The position numbers were made by a program, and so were the translations under genes. The notes beneath the pieces are model-generated. The model was given only the letters and a program-made list of their open reading frames with translations. It made no database searches and was not told where the DNA came from. DNA of 64,000 bases. Origin: an uncultured cyanobacterium (lineage in GTDB: Bacteria; Cyanobacteriota; Cyanobacteriia; Cyanobacteriales; CAWCAG01). This document shows positions 29,288 through 40,778 of this stretch, one piece after another. Location: positions 32,001-96,000 of the forward strand of contig CAWDOD010000007.1 of NCBI GenBank assembly GCA_963803805.1. Reading direction: 5' to 3'. The stretch's first letter is position 1, and every line of letters begins with the position of its first letter.

Positions 29288-30504
29288 ATTCGTTGTTTAC
29301 TATACCAAGCATCCAAAGCCATTTGGTGAATAGTAAGCCAAGGTTGATTATTAATCCTAGCTAGTTGAGTGCAATCTTCATATTCTGGTTGGACATTGAA
29401 TATCTTTTTCTCTCCACCAACTTCTTGGCTAGCCACCTTAACTCTAACTACACCGTAAGCTGTCGTTACTTGTTCGATTTCTCTGAACAAAATACTTCTT
29501 TCCTGAGTGCGGCAGCGAATACCTAAAGTGGTGGTTTCTCTGAACAAAACCCCTTCACAAGCAACTACTTTTTCAGGATGACAAATAACTGTTAAAAGAA
29601 TGCCGGGGCGAGACTTTTTCATGCCAATTCCTTGACTAAAAACATCAACAGCCCCCACTTTCAATAATTCCTCAAAGACATAACCAATAACTTGGGGATT
29701 TAGATCATCAATTTGGGTTTCTAAAACAGAAATAAGTTCTGTTTTTGGTGATATTGCAATATCACCAAGCCAAAGACGCAGTAAATTAGGTAAAGGTAAT
29801 TGAGCAGTCCCTGCCCCCAATCCCACTTTCTCTAATTTCATCTTTGGGGGAGAACCAAAGTCCTCGGCCAAAGCGACGGCGATCGCTGCCCCTGTAGGAG
29901 TTACTAGCTCTTTATTAATGCCATTACTATAAATTGGTACTTGGCGAATTTCCCAAAGCTTCAAGACCGCAGGAACAGGTACAGGAAGCAATCCGTGGGC
30001 AGCCTTGATATTTCCTCCTCCGGTGGGTAAAGCAGAACAATATAACTTTTCAATTCCTAACCAATCTAAACCTAAGCAAGTACCAACAATATCTACCAAG
30101 GCATCTACAGCCCCCACTTCATGGAAATGTACCTTTTCCGGTGTAGTTCCATGAACCGCAGATTCTGCCTCTGCTAAGCTACGAAATACTCGCAAACTCC
30201 AAGCTGTCACCTGTGATGGTAAGTTGGCCCGGTGAATTATCTCTTCAATTTCTGGTAAATGTCTAGCAGAATGCTCATGGTGATGGTTGCTTGAAGATTC
30301 ATTCAGTAAATCTACATGAACTTTTGTACCAATTTGCCCATTATGCTTAACCTTCTCTGCCCTCAGTTGATATTCTCCTTTAATGCCCAAACCCTGCAAC
30401 TGTTCAACCAAATAATGTAAAGGTACGCCAACATCAACCAAAGCACCCAAACACATATCCCCAGCAATTCCTGTCGGACATTCCAAATAAGCGATTCTAG
30501 TCAT
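29284..30504 (-). CDS. larC: Nickel pincer cofactor biosynthesis protein LarC
   Basis: [43 protein letters not shown] and PEYED motifs. Confidence 0.93.
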   Translation of the reverse strand: MTRIAYLECPTGIAGDMCLGALVDVGVPLHYLVEQLQGLGIKGEYQLRAEKVKHNGQIGTKVHVDLLNESSSNHHHEHSARHLPEIEEIIHRANLPSQVTAWSLRVFRSLAEAESAVHGTTPEKVHFHEVGAVDALVDIVGTCLGLDWLGIEKLYCSALPTGGGNIKAAHGLLPVPVPAVLKLWEIRQVPIYSNGINKELVTPTGAAIAVALAEDFGSPPKMKLEKVGLGAGTAQLPLPNLLRLWLGDIAISPKTELISVLETQIDDLNPQVIGYVFEELLKVGAVDVFSQGIGMKKSRPGILLTVICHPEKVVACEGVLFRETTTLGIRCRTQERSILFREIEQVTTAYGVVRVKVASQEVGGEKKIFNVQPEYEDCTQLARINNQPWLTIHQMALDAWYSKQRI

Positions 30505-30641
30505 TGATAACCATAGGTTGTGAACATCTTAATAACTAATAACTGTTCGGCTTGCCGTTGCCATTAGGCATCATTGAGCATTGATTATTGATAACTGAAC
30601 CCTAAGTAGTAACATCTAGATAAAAGAACCTCTAGTAAATT

Positions 30642-31283
30642 ATGGCTATCTACTACTCTATTCATCCGGATAATCCACAAAAACATCGAATAGAGGAAAT
30701 AAGAAAGGCTTTGGGAGACGGTGCGATTATGCTTTATCCCACCGACACCGTTTATGCCATCGGGTGTGACTTGAATATCAAGTCAGCCGTAAAACGGGTT
30801 AGGCATCTTAAACAACTATCTAATGATAAGCCTCTGACGTTCCTATGTTCGTCATTGTCTAATATCTCCCAATATGCTTGGGTTACAGATCAAGCCTACC
30901 GAATTATGAAACATTTGATTCCTGGCCCTTATACTTTCGTTTTACCAGCAACTAAGTTGGTTCCGCGTCTAGTAATGAACCCCAAACGTAAAACCACAGG
31001 AATTAGAGTTCCTAACCAAACAACTTGTCAAACCCTCTTACAAGCTTTAGGAAATCCAATTATTTCTACTTCAGCACATTTACCTGATGGGGAAGGAGAT
31101 TTTCCAACCCTAGGAATTGAACAAACTAAGTTATTTGATGCCCTCGATAAGTCAGTAGACATTGTCATTGATGATGGTTCAGAAACAGGTTCTCAGGTTT
31201 CTACTATTTTAGACTTAACCCAAGAGGAACCCATAATAGTTCGCCAAGGTCTTGGCTGGGAAGAGATTATGAACTGGATCTAG
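30642..31283 (+). CDS. YrdC/Sua5 (threonylcarbamoyl-AMP synthase-like, YciO type) protein
   Basis: YPTDTVYAIGC, PGPYTF, GIRVP and STSA motifs. Confidence 0.88.
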   Translation: MAIYYSIHPDNPQKHRIEEIRKALGDGAIMLYPTDTVYAIGCDLNIKSAVKRVRHLKQLSNDKPLTFLCSSLSNISQYAWVTDQAYRIMKHLIPGPYTFVLPATKLVPRLVMNPKRKTTGIRVPNQTTCQTLLQALGNPIISTSAHLPDGEGDFPTLGIEQTKLFDALDKSVDIVIDDGSETGSQVSTILDLTQEEPIIVRQGLGWEEIMNWI

Positions 31284-31677
31284 AATTTCGCTGATTATTT
31301 TCCTACTCAAGCTGGCTCTTACAATTAAATTCCCCTCTCTCTACAAAAGCGAAGAGGATGACTTCGTACAGCCTGGTTTAAATTTGACCAGTTCGTCAAT
31401 TGTCTCCTTAAACTGCTTTTTTACCAGTGTTCATACTCAAAGAATACTGCCAGTTTTTCTGTGGGCGTAATCCTTATGCTATGTAGTTTACAGCTCCTGT
31501 AGCTAAGGAGCAATTTGCCATGTTCAATTCCGGAGTTGACTGCCAAGTATGAGTTGTGACACAACTTGCCACCAGCAAATAGATATTGCGTTTTACATTC
31601 AATGTATAGACATCAGTTGAGAGCCAACCACAACTGATCACCAAAACTAAAATTCTTGATATTTAGGGACAGATACC

Positions 31678-32883
31678 ATGAAAGTGCAAACTGCTGAGGT
31701 TAACCAGTTTACCGACAATAACCAATTCTATCCGGAAGTAAACCAAAGTAATGAACAAGAATCTTTGAATCAACTTATTCAAGAAGAGTTACGTTCCCAA
31801 GTGAACTCTAGTTCTTCGGTTCAAGAAGTTGCTACTCGCATTACTCTAGAAGTTACTAGGGTCTGCAACAAAAGTAAGCGTATTCAAAAGTCTGGTGAAG
31901 TTCGCAACTGGCAACTATCTTTAGGTCGCCACCGCATTAGTAAGTGTATGACTTACTACCAATTGGGTTCTAAACAAGGGAGGGCTGAACTTCATAGTAA
32001 CTTGAGTGTTATGGTCTATCGCCATATTGCCCCGGCAAAAGCTCAATTAGGATTCTCCGGTCGCTACAATTTAATTGAGGATTTTTTACAAGATTTTTAT
32101 GCTGAGTCCCTCAAAGCATTCCGACGGGAGAATGAGGTTGCTGAAGATTATCAGCCTCGTACCAAGTTGCAATTAGCAGAGTATATGGCTTTTACGGAGC
32201 AATATGCAAAACGCCGCATCACTTTGCCCAATGGTTACAGCCAACAATTAATTATTTTAAGGGCCCAAAGCTTCGCTCGTCGTCAACCTTCAGAAACATC
32301 AGTAGATATTGAACAAGCTATTGAATTTCCTAAAGGTGAAGATGCCCAAGGGAGACATTCTTCCCATGTGGTACATGAGGTACGGGCAAAAATGGTTTCA
32401 GAAAATCCTGATCCCTGGAAATCTGCAACTCGCGATCGCTTAGTTAATGCTTTGTTTGAGTACCTCGAATCTAACGGTCATTCTGACTGTGCTAATTATT
32501 TAGCTTTGAAACTCCAAGATCTTCCTGCTTCAGAAATTGATGAAATTCTTGGTCTTTCTCCCCGCGAAAGAGATTATTTACAGCAACGTTTTAAGTATCA
32601 TGTTGAGAAGTTCTCCCGTTCTTCTCACTGGGAATTAGTTCACCAATGGTTAGAAGCTGATTTAGAGCAAAAGCTCGGTTTAACCAACAAAGAGTGGCAA
32701 TTATTCTATGATAAGCTCTCTTCTGAACAGCGCTTACTTTTAGGACTTAAGGAACTCAAGAAAGACGATGAGGAGATTGCGTTAGCTTTAGGTTGTACCC
32801 TCAAAAAAGCTCAAAAGCGCTGGACTAAAGTACTAGAAATTGCTTGGAAAATTCGCAATAGCAATGAGGCCAATGGTAATTAG
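31678..32883 (+). CDS. HetZ-related putative transcription factor
   Basis: KSKRIQ.SG, YYQLGS..GR.ELHS, IEDFLQ.FY, LAEYMAFTE.YAKRRI and RERDYLQQRFKYH motifs. Confidence 0.85.
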   Translation: MKVQTAEVNQFTDNNQFYPEVNQSNEQESLNQLIQEELRSQVNSSSSVQEVATRITLEVTRVCNKSKRIQKSGEVRNWQLSLGRHRISKCMTYYQLGSKQGRAELHSNLSVMVYRHIAPAKAQLGFSGRYNLIEDFLQDFYAESLKAFRRENEVAEDYQPRTKLQLAEYMAFTEQYAKRRITLPNGYSQQLIILRAQSFARRQPSETSVDIEQAIEFPKGEDAQGRHSSHVVHEVRAKMVSENPDPWKSATRDRLVNALFEYLESNGHSDCANYLALKLQDLPASEIDEILGLSPRERDYLQQRFKYHVEKFSRSSHWELVHQWLEADLEQKLGLTNKEWQLFYDKLSSEQRLLLGLKELKKDDEEIALALGCTLKKAQKRWTKVLEIAWKIRNSNEANGN

Positions 32884-33224
32884 TGATTGAGATGGTTACA
32901 GGTTGAAAGAAACTGAAGTTAAAGGTTGTTGGCTATTTCCTCAACTCGAAATAATCCGTTAACTACTAATTGGCAACTTGTAACCCTTCTCACTATTTTT
33001 AATTAAGTAAAAATAAGTTATCTCAATAATTAGAAATTCAAACTTAAAAATAAATTCATTAATTGCTTTTATCTTCTTGAAATGATCTATACTCCAAAGC
33101 TTCGATTTAGCCTACAGTAACCCTAGGCGAACCCCACTTCTCACTCCTTGCTTATTATTTTGTTAAGGTGAATAGAAGCGACAAAAGATAATTCTCTCGT
33201 CGATTTCTTAAGACTCAAATAATT

Positions 33225-33932
33225 ATGGTAACTAGAACCCCTGTTTCTGTTTCAAACTGCCCAAAGGAACAGAATATCGAGACTTTGAAAAAAGTTTGGC
33301 AAAATATTAAAGTCGATAGCTGTCCCCATGTTTACAACTTCCATATGCACACTCTCCATTCCGATGGCAAATTAGCTCCAGAAAAGTTAATGGAACAAGC
33401 TTGTCATGCAGGGCTTAAGGGTATGGCTATTACTGATCATCATACGGTTGATGGGTATAAAATCGCTCAAAGTTGGTTGAACCAACTTGAACAAAAGCAA
33501 GTTTATGATTCTCTACCCCACTTGTGGACCGGAGTTGAGATAACCTCAGAATTGTTGGGAACAGAAGTACATATTTTAGGCTATGGTTTTAATCCCGAAG
33601 ATCCTCAACTAAAAGGTGATTATTTCCAAGGAAGTGGCCCTTTAGGTAAGCTCAAATTAGCGAAAAAAGTTATCTCTGCTTTACAAGAAGCCGGAGGTTT
33701 AGCTGTATTAGCCCATCCTTTTCGCTACCAGGTTGGAGGCGAAGAGTTAATCCCGGCGGCGGCTGAAGTAGGTATTGATGGGATAGAAACTTATTATGCC
33801 TATCGTGCCACAAATCCCTGGCAGCCAAGTCCTCAACAAACAGCAGATACTGAACTTCTCACTGAACAGTACAATTTGTTGAGGACTTGTGGAACGGATA
33901 CCCACGGTTACAATTTGATGTTGCGAATTTAA
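33225..33932 (+). CDS. PHP-domain phosphoesterase
   Basis: HMHTLHSDG, ITDHH, GVEI, HILGY, AHPFRY and GTDTHG motifs. Confidence 0.92.
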   Translation: MVTRTPVSVSNCPKEQNIETLKKVWQNIKVDSCPHVYNFHMHTLHSDGKLAPEKLMEQACHAGLKGMAITDHHTVDGYKIAQSWLNQLEQKQVYDSLPHLWTGVEITSELLGTEVHILGYGFNPEDPQLKGDYFQGSGPLGKLKLAKKVISALQEAGGLAVLAHPFRYQVGGEELIPAAAEVGIDGIETYYAYRATNPWQPSPQQTADTELLTEQYNLLRTCGTDTHGYNLMLRI

Positions 33933-34184
33933 AGGATATTAAAAGGCAAAATTCATCAAAATAATTACCCCCAAACTCATCCCTAGTAACAGCAAAGCAA
34001 GACTTATTGATTCACCTAAATGTCTTGGTGTTTGAACAGTCTTCATATTCATTTCCTCATTAATTATTAGGTTTTCTTATATATCTACAAAGATAGCAAT
34101 AGTAAGATAATAAAAATGAGAAAAAGAGACGATTCTTAGTTTAACTTGTTGTAAGTTAATATAGCCAAGCTAGTTTACTTAGTT

Positions 34185-34895
34185 TTAATTGGTTAAACCA
34201 TGTTTGAGGGCATAGCGAACTAACTCTGTACGACTATTAGTTCCGGTTTTGCCAAACAGACGACTAACATACTTTTCTACATTACGAACACTAGTTTCTA
34301 ATCGGCGAGCAATTTCTTTATTCATTAATCCTTCTGCTACTAAGTCTAAAACGCTTTGTTCCCTTGGAGTTAGTTCAATTTTTATTAAAGGAGGCGTAGT
34401 CGTAAGTCCAGGATTATTGCCTAATATACTCTTAATTTCTGCTAACTGTTGATTTATTTGCAGTAATTCCGAACTGCCTTCTGCTTCTGAAGTTGCACTC
34501 TTTCTTTGCAATAAATTCCTAACAATAGCTTCTAATTCTTCAGGATCGAAAGGTTTAGGTAAATAAGCATCACAACCTGCTTGATAACCTTGAATGCGAT
34601 CAGAAGTCATGCCTCTAGCAGTTAGAAAGATTACTGGCAAAGCAGCAAAGCGAGGATCTTCCCTTAACTTTTGCAGAAATTGATAGCCATCAACTTTAGG
34701 CATCATAATATCAGAGATGACTAAATCAGGAGTCTCTTTTTCTAATAAATCCCAAGCTTCATCAGCATTACTAGCAGCTTGAACCGCAAATTCTTCACTA
34801 TCTTCTAAATAAGCTTGTACTGATTCGCGAATGCCTGGTTCATCATCTACTAGCAGTAGTTTTTTTGGCTCTTGTTCTTGCTCTGTTGTAGACAT
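34185..34895 (-). CDS. ycf29: NarL/LuxR-family response regulator Ycf29 (Rre1)
   Basis: REC domain (VDD, SDIMMP) and LTPREQSVL...NVEKYVSRLFGKTGTNSRTELVR. Confidence 0.9.
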   Translation of the reverse strand: MSTTEQEQEPKKLLLVDDEPGIRESVQAYLEDSEEFAVQAASNADEAWDLLEKETPDLVISDIMMPKVDGYQFLQKLREDPRFAALPVIFLTARGMTSDRIQGYQAGCDAYLPKPFDPEELEAIVRNLLQRKSATSEAEGSSELLQINQQLAEIKSILGNNPGLTTTPPLIKIELTPREQSVLDLVAEGLMNKEIARRLETSVRNVEKYVSRLFGKTGTNSRTELVRYALKHGLTN

Positions 34896-35083
34896 TTGTA
34901 GTTCTTTGTTGACTTTGCTCTATTGGCGAAGCTTAGCAGCAATAGTTAATTGTACAAGCAAAGGTCAATCAATTTCCCATACAAGTTAAGGGTTAAGGGT
35001 AAAATCTTCACCCTTAACTCTTTTTCGTCAATGTTATTTACTAATCCCTATTAATCTGTAACTCTTTTCTGTAGTTTAAGCAT

Positions 35084-35461
35084 TTAACAATAAACACTTA
35101 TATCCTCACCACATTCGTCTGCTAGATAACAGAGGGCGCGGAAACGCAAGGCAACTACTTCTTCATACAGGGGATTGAGTTTACACAGAGGGGGGATTCG
35201 TATCCAAGTACGGCCAAACATTTGCACTTCTCTAGCAAAAGGGCAATAAGCTGGTATATTCTTGCAGAGGCGATGGGCAAGACTAGGTTCTTTAATTTCA
35301 ATGCCGTTTAACCAGCTACGTAAAGGACTTAGAGGTCTGAATTTACTCTTATTGGTAGAGGAGTTTAACTTTAACTTTACAAAATGTTTCCAGATGATCC
35401 CGTAGAAGTTTTGTGGTGTATGATTATTGACATTCATCATTTTTCCGAAACTGCTCTCCAA
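35084..35461 (-). CDS. Mo-dependent nitrogenase C-terminal domain family protein
   Basis: LCKNIPAYCPFAR and IPPLCKLNPLYEEVVALRFRALCYLADECGED; start codon uncertain. Confidence 0.85.
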   Translation of the reverse strand: MESSFGKMMNVNNHTPQNFYGIIWKHFVKLKLNSSTNKSKFRPLSPLRSWLNGIEIKEPSLAHRLCKNIPAYCPFAREVQMFGRTWIRIPPLCKLNPLYEEVVALRFRALCYLADECGEDISVYC

Positions 35462-36042
35462 TAGTGGGCAGGACTGCTTGGTGTGTTTTTTAGCTACAGC
35501 TACTTAATTTAGTTTTCCCAAATCTTAGGAAAGACATCTTATGGGCTATCTACAGGAATTAGGAGTGAAATGGCCAGAGCAAATAGCGAAAATGTCTCTC
35601 AGCTTCGGTTTAAAGAGCTACTCCTGAATTCTGAACTCATTTTTCTTCGACGCATCCCTAATACAATTAGTTTCCTACTCAATCAAAGCAAGATAGGTAA
35701 ATAGTGGCAGTTATTTTGCTGAGACTGATAAGTTAACTTTATGACTTTCATTTAGCTAAATTATATCTACCTCAAACACAAGGAATCGTAACATAGGTAA
35801 CAGAATAGCCTTTTTCATGCAAATGGCGGATGAAATTTGTGCGTTAAGGGGATGAAGGAAAATTTTTAAAATCAAAGAATTTTTCCTTTTTGTCAAATCT
35901 CTCAAAGCTTTGCTATATTTGGCTTTGAGGTGGATAAAAACCGGCAAATCGGTTATAATAGTTGTATACATACCACTCCAGAAATAGGTAAGATAAACAC
36001 GCCTCAATAGCGCTGCAAATAAGCATTTAACGAATAGCAAAT

Positions 36043-37761
36043 ATGTCCGAACGACCCCAACAGCAACCGCCAAGCACATCAACTTTAGAAGAAATTCGCA
36101 CCACGCGCTTAGCCAAAGTTGAACAGCTTAAAGAGGCAGGATTAGTTCCCTATGCTTACCGATGGCGCTCTTCTGCTACTGCTACCCAATTACAGGAGAA
36201 ATATAAGGATCTGTCTAACGGTGAGGAAGTAGAAGCCCAAGTAGCCATCGCTGGCAGAATTATTGCCCGTCGAGTGTTTGGTAAACTAGCCTTCTTCAAC
36301 CTTCAAGATGAAACAGGTACTATTCAGCTTTACTTGGATAAAAAGCGCATTCAAGCTGAAATGTCTAATATCGCTAACCCCTTTAATCTCTTAAAAAAGC
36401 TCACTGACGTAGGAGACATTATTGGTGTTACTGGCACGATTAAGCGTACTGAAAAAGGGGAACTTTCAGTATATGTTAGGGAGTACACTATGCTCACCAA
36501 ATCCTTACTACCCTTACCAGACAAGTGGCACGGGCTAACGGACACAGAAAAACGCTATCGCCAGCGTTATGTAGATTTAATCGTTAACCCACAAGTGCGA
36601 GAAACCTTCCGCCGTCGGGCTAAAATTACCGCAGCAATTCGCCGCTATTTAGAACAAAAAGGCTTTTTGGAAGTAGAAACCCCTGTATTGCAGGGAGAAG
36701 CGGGAGGGGCAGATGCCCGCCCCTTCGTTACTTACCACAACACCTTAGAAATGGAGTTGTACCTACGCATTGCTACAGAATTACACCTCAAACGGTTAAT
36801 TGTGGGCGGCTTTGAAAAAGTTTTTGAAATGGGTAGAATTTTCCGTAACGAAGGAATTTCCACCCGCCACAACCCAGAATTTACATCCATCGAACTCTAT
36901 CAGGCTTACGCTGACTACAACGATATGATGGAGTTAACAGAAGATTTAATTTGTATCGTTGCCCAAGAAGTTTTGGGAACTTTAGAAATTAGTTATCAAG
37001 GTACAACCATTAATTTGCAAAAGCCTTGGCAACGGGTAACAATGCAGGATTTGGTTAAGGAAAAAACGGACTTAAACTTCAGTGAATTTAAGGATTTTGC
37101 TACAGCAAAAATAGCCGCCCAAAAGGTTGGTATTGAAATTCCTCATGACTGTCAAACTCTGGGCAAATTGCTTAATGAAGCTTTTGAACAAAAAGTAGAA
37201 GCAACTTTAGTTCAACCAACTTTTGTAATGGACTTCCCAGTAGAAATTTCTCCTTTAGCTAAGCCCCACCGCTCCCAAACTGGTTTAGTAGAAAGGTTTG
37301 AACTTTATGCTACAGGTAGGGAACTAGCTAACAGTTTCTCTGAATTAACTGATCCTCTAGATCAGCGTCAAAGGTTAGAAGCACAAGCTGCTAAAAAGGC
37401 TGCCGGAGACTTGGAGGCACAGGGTGTAGATGAGGATTTCCTCGCTGCCCTAGAATATGGAATGCCTCCTACAGGAGGATTAGGTATTGGTATTGATCGT
37501 TTAGTCATGCTGTTAACTGACGCAGCAAGTATTCGAGATGTAATTGCTTTTCCTTTACTCAAAAATACTAGTGCAGTAATTAGTTCTTTTGACTACGATA
37601 CCGAAAAAAAAATCCTCAAAATTGAGTTCAACAACGACAGTAGTTATAAATACCACGACGTACCAGAAAATATCTACCAAGGTTTGAAAAATACCCCTTC
37701 TTTGGGATTGTATTTTAATACCCATATCCGAGATAAATTCGGCTGCGATCGCCTGGTATGA
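36043..37761 (+). CDS. lysS: Lysyl-tRNA synthetase (class II) with C-terminal KTSC domain
   Basis: [29 protein letters not shown] and [12 protein letters not shown] motifs; tail [10 protein letters not shown]...[21 protein letters not shown] is KTSC. Confidence 0.97.
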   Translation: MSERPQQQPPSTSTLEEIRTTRLAKVEQLKEAGLVPYAYRWRSSATATQLQEKYKDLSNGEEVEAQVAIAGRIIARRVFGKLAFFNLQDETGTIQLYLDKKRIQAEMSNIANPFNLLKKLTDVGDIIGVTGTIKRTEKGELSVYVREYTMLTKSLLPLPDKWHGLTDTEKRYRQRYVDLIVNPQVRETFRRRAKITAAIRRYLEQKGFLEVETPVLQGEAGGADARPFVTYHNTLEMELYLRIATELHLKRLIVGGFEKVFEMGRIFRNEGISTRHNPEFTSIELYQAYADYNDMMELTEDLICIVAQEVLGTLEISYQGTTINLQKPWQRVTMQDLVKEKTDLNFSEFKDFATAKIAAQKVGIEIPHDCQTLGKLLNEAFEQKVEATLVQPTFVMDFPVEISPLAKPHRSQTGLVERFELYATGRELANSFSELTDPLDQRQRLEAQAAKKAAGDLEAQGVDEDFLAALEYGMPPTGGLGIGIDRLVMLLTDAASIRDVIAFPLLKNTSAVISSFDYDTEKKILKIEFNNDSSYKYHDVPENIYQGLKNTPSLGLYFNTHIRDKFGCDRLV

Positions 37762-37782
37762 TTTAAAAATAAAAATACCGTA

Positions 37783-37819
37783 ATCCCTTACTAAATCAAG
37801 CCTTGATTTAGTAAGGGAT
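37783..37819. terminator. 37-bp palindrome between convergent genes (likely bidirectional terminator)
   Basis: ATCCCTTACTAAATCAAG-C-CTTGATTTAGTAAGGGAT: perfect 18-bp arms. Confidence 0.7.
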
Positions 37820-37848
37820 CTTATTTTGTTATCACCTGATGAACTTTG

Positions 37849-38394
37849 CTAATCCTTATTTAAATTGGACTGCGGCTCAAAGTTGGATGCTAAGTTTTTT
37901 AGTAAACCGTTGACTTGTTGTAGTAATTCCCCACCAGAACTTGTCGCAATGGGCTTTCCTAAACTAGGACGATCCATACTAAGAGCGATCGCCTCACTTA
38001 CTTGCTGGCTAATTAATTCTTGAAGTTCTTCTTTAGCTCGTTGACGCTGATATTCAGCTCCTTCTTCGGTAGTAGCATAAAGGGGAACTAAGCGATTTAA
38101 AGCATAAGCCGCAATATCTCCCACATCTAGAACTTGATCGCTAGTAGCTTCAATTTCAGCAACGCGGGTTATAGCTTCACTCAAAACTAGTTCTTCCATC
38201 ACGTTAATGAATTGCTTGCGAGGCACTGCGACTACATCACCGGTTAACAGCGAACCCATGAGTCTATCTAGTGCCATATATTCTTCAATGGACAGCGCAG
38301 AGGCTGTATCGCAGATTCTGCCTACTTCTGCTTCCATAGTAGGGGTAAGATATCCATCTTTTAAAGCTTGCTCTACGATTTTTTCTATACTCAT
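37849..38394 (-). CDS. ComFB-domain protein
   Basis: FINVMEELV, DIAAYALNRLVPLYATTEEG; N-terminal IVEQALKDGYLTP segment. Confidence 0.88.
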   Translation of the reverse strand: MSIEKIVEQALKDGYLTPTMEAEVGRICDTASALSIEEYMALDRLMGSLLTGDVVAVPRKQFINVMEELVLSEAITRVAEIEATSDQVLDVGDIAAYALNRLVPLYATTEEGAEYQRQRAKEELQELISQQVSEAIALSMDRPSLGKPIATSSGGELLQQVNGLLKNLASNFEPQSNLNKD

Positions 38395-38683
38395 AGTGTC
38401 ACAGTACTTGGCAGCATCAATACTAGATAGTTCTAGAATTTTATTTTCACAAAAGAACTAATAAACTCGGAAAAATCAACAGAAATTCAAGATACTTGGA
38501 GTAAGCTAGCTCACTAACAACATAAGTATTTTTACTATCGTTGCTGTGGGTTTTGCCTTTTATCCTCGCTCTGAATTGTACCCTTTATAGATAGATGTAT
38601 CATACCGCTAACAAATTTAGCTTACTCCTGTTTTGAATAGACTAAAGTAAAGGTAAACTTTATTCTTTAGTTATACCCAAATT

Positions 38684-39538
38684 TTACTCAATTCCCGCGA
38701 ATCTCCAAGGTACAGGATCTACGGCTAAACCATGAATGTATAGACCCCAATGAAGGTGAGGACCTGTAGAAGCACCTGTACTACCTACAGTGCCAATTCT
38801 TTGTCCTGCTTGTACAAAATCACCTTCCTGTACTTCTATGGTGTGTAAATGCAAAAATGCGCTTAGTACTCCTTGCCCATGATCCATACCGACGGTGTTA
38901 CCATTAACCCGAAACCCGGCTGACTCTCTCCCCACAAGGGCTACTTTTCCTGCTGCCGGAGCAACTACCACAGAACCAGTAGCAGCAGCATAGTCTACCC
39001 CACGATGGTAATAATCTTTGGCTAATACTCCATTGTAATAGCGGCGAACACCAAAGACGCTGGAAACGCTTCCGGAACTTGGGCGCAAAAAAGGCCCATT
39101 CCAGAATTTTTTCGGACTCACAATAGTTTTAAAATCTGCAATTCTGTCAAGTTCAATTTGGGTTGCCCCATTACCTCCTCCTTTTACCCTAATACTCTGA
39201 GTCGGAAAATTGCGCCCTCCCAAACCGACAGCAAGATTACTAACTTCACCATCACCACTGACTTTAATTTCTAATCTTCCTGGTTGATCTAAAGGGGTAG
39301 TGGGAATCAAAGTGCGGTAACGATTGCTACCAAGGGGGAAGACAGGGTAATTTTTACTTTTAGAACTTACCTGGGGTTGAGAGTTAGGTGAGGTGGTTGT
39401 GACAACCACAGAAATAGTTTCTCCTAGTTTAGGATTGTCAGGCTTAACTTGTACCTGTAAAGCTTGTGCTGGAGCTATTCCTGTTAAAATTGTGGTCACA
39501 ACACCTGAGGTTAAAGCTACTGTTTGAAATTTGAGCAT
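38684..39538 (-). CDS. M23 family metallopeptidase
   Basis: HRGVD and STGPHLHW motifs; signal peptide. Confidence 0.93.
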   Translation of the reverse strand: MLKFQTVALTSGVVTTILTGIAPAQALQVQVKPDNPKLGETISVVVTTTSPNSQPQVSSKSKNYPVFPLGSNRYRTLIPTTPLDQPGRLEIKVSGDGEVSNLAVGLGGRNFPTQSIRVKGGGNGATQIELDRIADFKTIVSPKKFWNGPFLRPSSGSVSSVFGVRRYYNGVLAKDYYHRGVDYAAATGSVVVAPAAGKVALVGRESAGFRVNGNTVGMDHGQGVLSAFLHLHTIEVQEGDFVQAGQRIGTVGSTGASTGPHLHWGLYIHGLAVDPVPWRFAGIE

Positions 39539-39561
39539 TCGTTGATAATTAATAACTAAAA

Positions 39562-39774
39562 TTATCCTTTAGGCTGAAGATAAGCGATCGCTTGCCGCCA
39601 AACTATAGTAGATTGTTCGTTTTCATCAGACAAACAAAGACATTGACTATCTTGCCAAACTAGTTTACCTGCCATGACATCGTTAGTAATAAGTTTGATT
39701 TCTACTGGTTGTTGTTCTTTAATGAAACCCTGAACCTTACGAATACTAGGCAAGCCAGTGTCAAATTGTTCCAT
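39562..39774 (-). CDS. hfq: Cyanobacterial Hfq
   Basis: FDTGLPSIRKVQ..VEIKL..G.LVWQD..IVWRQAIAY; divergent from dapF. Confidence 0.92.
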   Translation of the reverse strand: MEQFDTGLPSIRKVQGFIKEQQPVEIKLITNDVMAGKLVWQDSQCLCLSDENEQSTIVWRQAIAYLQPKG

Positions 39775-39855
39775 AACTAAGAAGTTCTAATAATTAAAAC
39801 TGGTTGTAAAAAGCATCAAATTCAGCTTACCCTTTTTTGTTAAGGAGAGATTACC

Positions 39856-40710
39856 GTGACAAGACAATTTACTAAATATCATGGCTTAGGTAACGATTTT
39901 ATCTTAATAGATAACCGACAAAATCCAGAGCCAGTTATTACCCCCTCTCAAGCAATGCAGATGTGCGATCGCCACTTTGGTATTGGTGCTGATGGAGTGA
40001 TTTTCGCCCTCCCAGGGCAAGATGGTACTGATTATGCTATGCGGATTTATAATTCCGATGGCTCAGAACCAGAAATGTGCGGTAATGGAATTCGTTGTTT
40101 GGCTAAATTTATTGCCACCTTAGAAGGCGGTAAAAAAGAAGAGGCTGGAACATCTTATCGTATCCATACCTTAGCCGGGGTAATGATCCCCACCATTGAA
40201 GCAAATGGTGAAGTAACTGTAGATATGGGTTTACCTCAATTAATGGCAGGGGAAATTCCAACGACAATTTGCCCAGGGGATCACAAAGTAATTGACCAAA
40301 AATTAGCTGTTGCTGGTCATAACTGGTCAGTTACCTGTGTTGGTATGGGCAACCCTCACTGTATAACCTTCGTTGAAGATACTCAAGCCATTCCCCTTGA
40401 AAAGATTGGACCTCAATTTGAGCATCATGCTGCCTTTCCCCAACGTACCAATACAGAATTCATCCAAATTATCAAGTCAGACTATCTCAAAATGCGAGTT
40501 TGGGAAAGAGGGGCTGGGATCACCTTAGCTTGTGGTACAGGAGCTTGTGCTAGCGTAGTAGCTGGAGTCCTTAATCATAAATGTGATCGCCTTTGTACTG
40601 TAGAACTTCCGGGTGGTTGTTTAAGAATTCATTGGTCAGAGTTGGATCAAAGAGTTTACATGAGTGGGCCAGCTACCAAAGTATTTGTCGGTAATTATCT
40701 TATAGACTAG
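39856..40710 (+). CDS. dapF: Diaminopimelate epimerase
   Basis: [22 protein letters not shown] and [13 protein letters not shown] motifs. Confidence 0.97.
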   Translation: MTRQFTKYHGLGNDFILIDNRQNPEPVITPSQAMQMCDRHFGIGADGVIFALPGQDGTDYAMRIYNSDGSEPEMCGNGIRCLAKFIATLEGGKKEEAGTSYRIHTLAGVMIPTIEANGEVTVDMGLPQLMAGEIPTTICPGDHKVIDQKLAVAGHNWSVTCVGMGNPHCITFVEDTQAIPLEKIGPQFEHHAAFPQRTNTEFIQIIKSDYLKMRVWERGAGITLACGTGACASVVAGVLNHKCDRLCTVELPGGCLRIHWSELDQRVYMSGPATKVFVGNYLID

Positions 40711-40778
40711 CCAAACCATGAGAAACTATAAAACATGAGTGGCAACCAACTTTTAACCAGTAGCAAGGGAGAATGTGA

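Noticed and set aside
35756-36082. 108-aa minus-strand ORF upstream of lysS
   Set aside because: It covers the lysS promoter and start in antisense and has no recognisable motif.
37560-37761. LysRS C-terminal extension as a novelty
   Set aside because: It is the known KTSC domain, named for this fusion.
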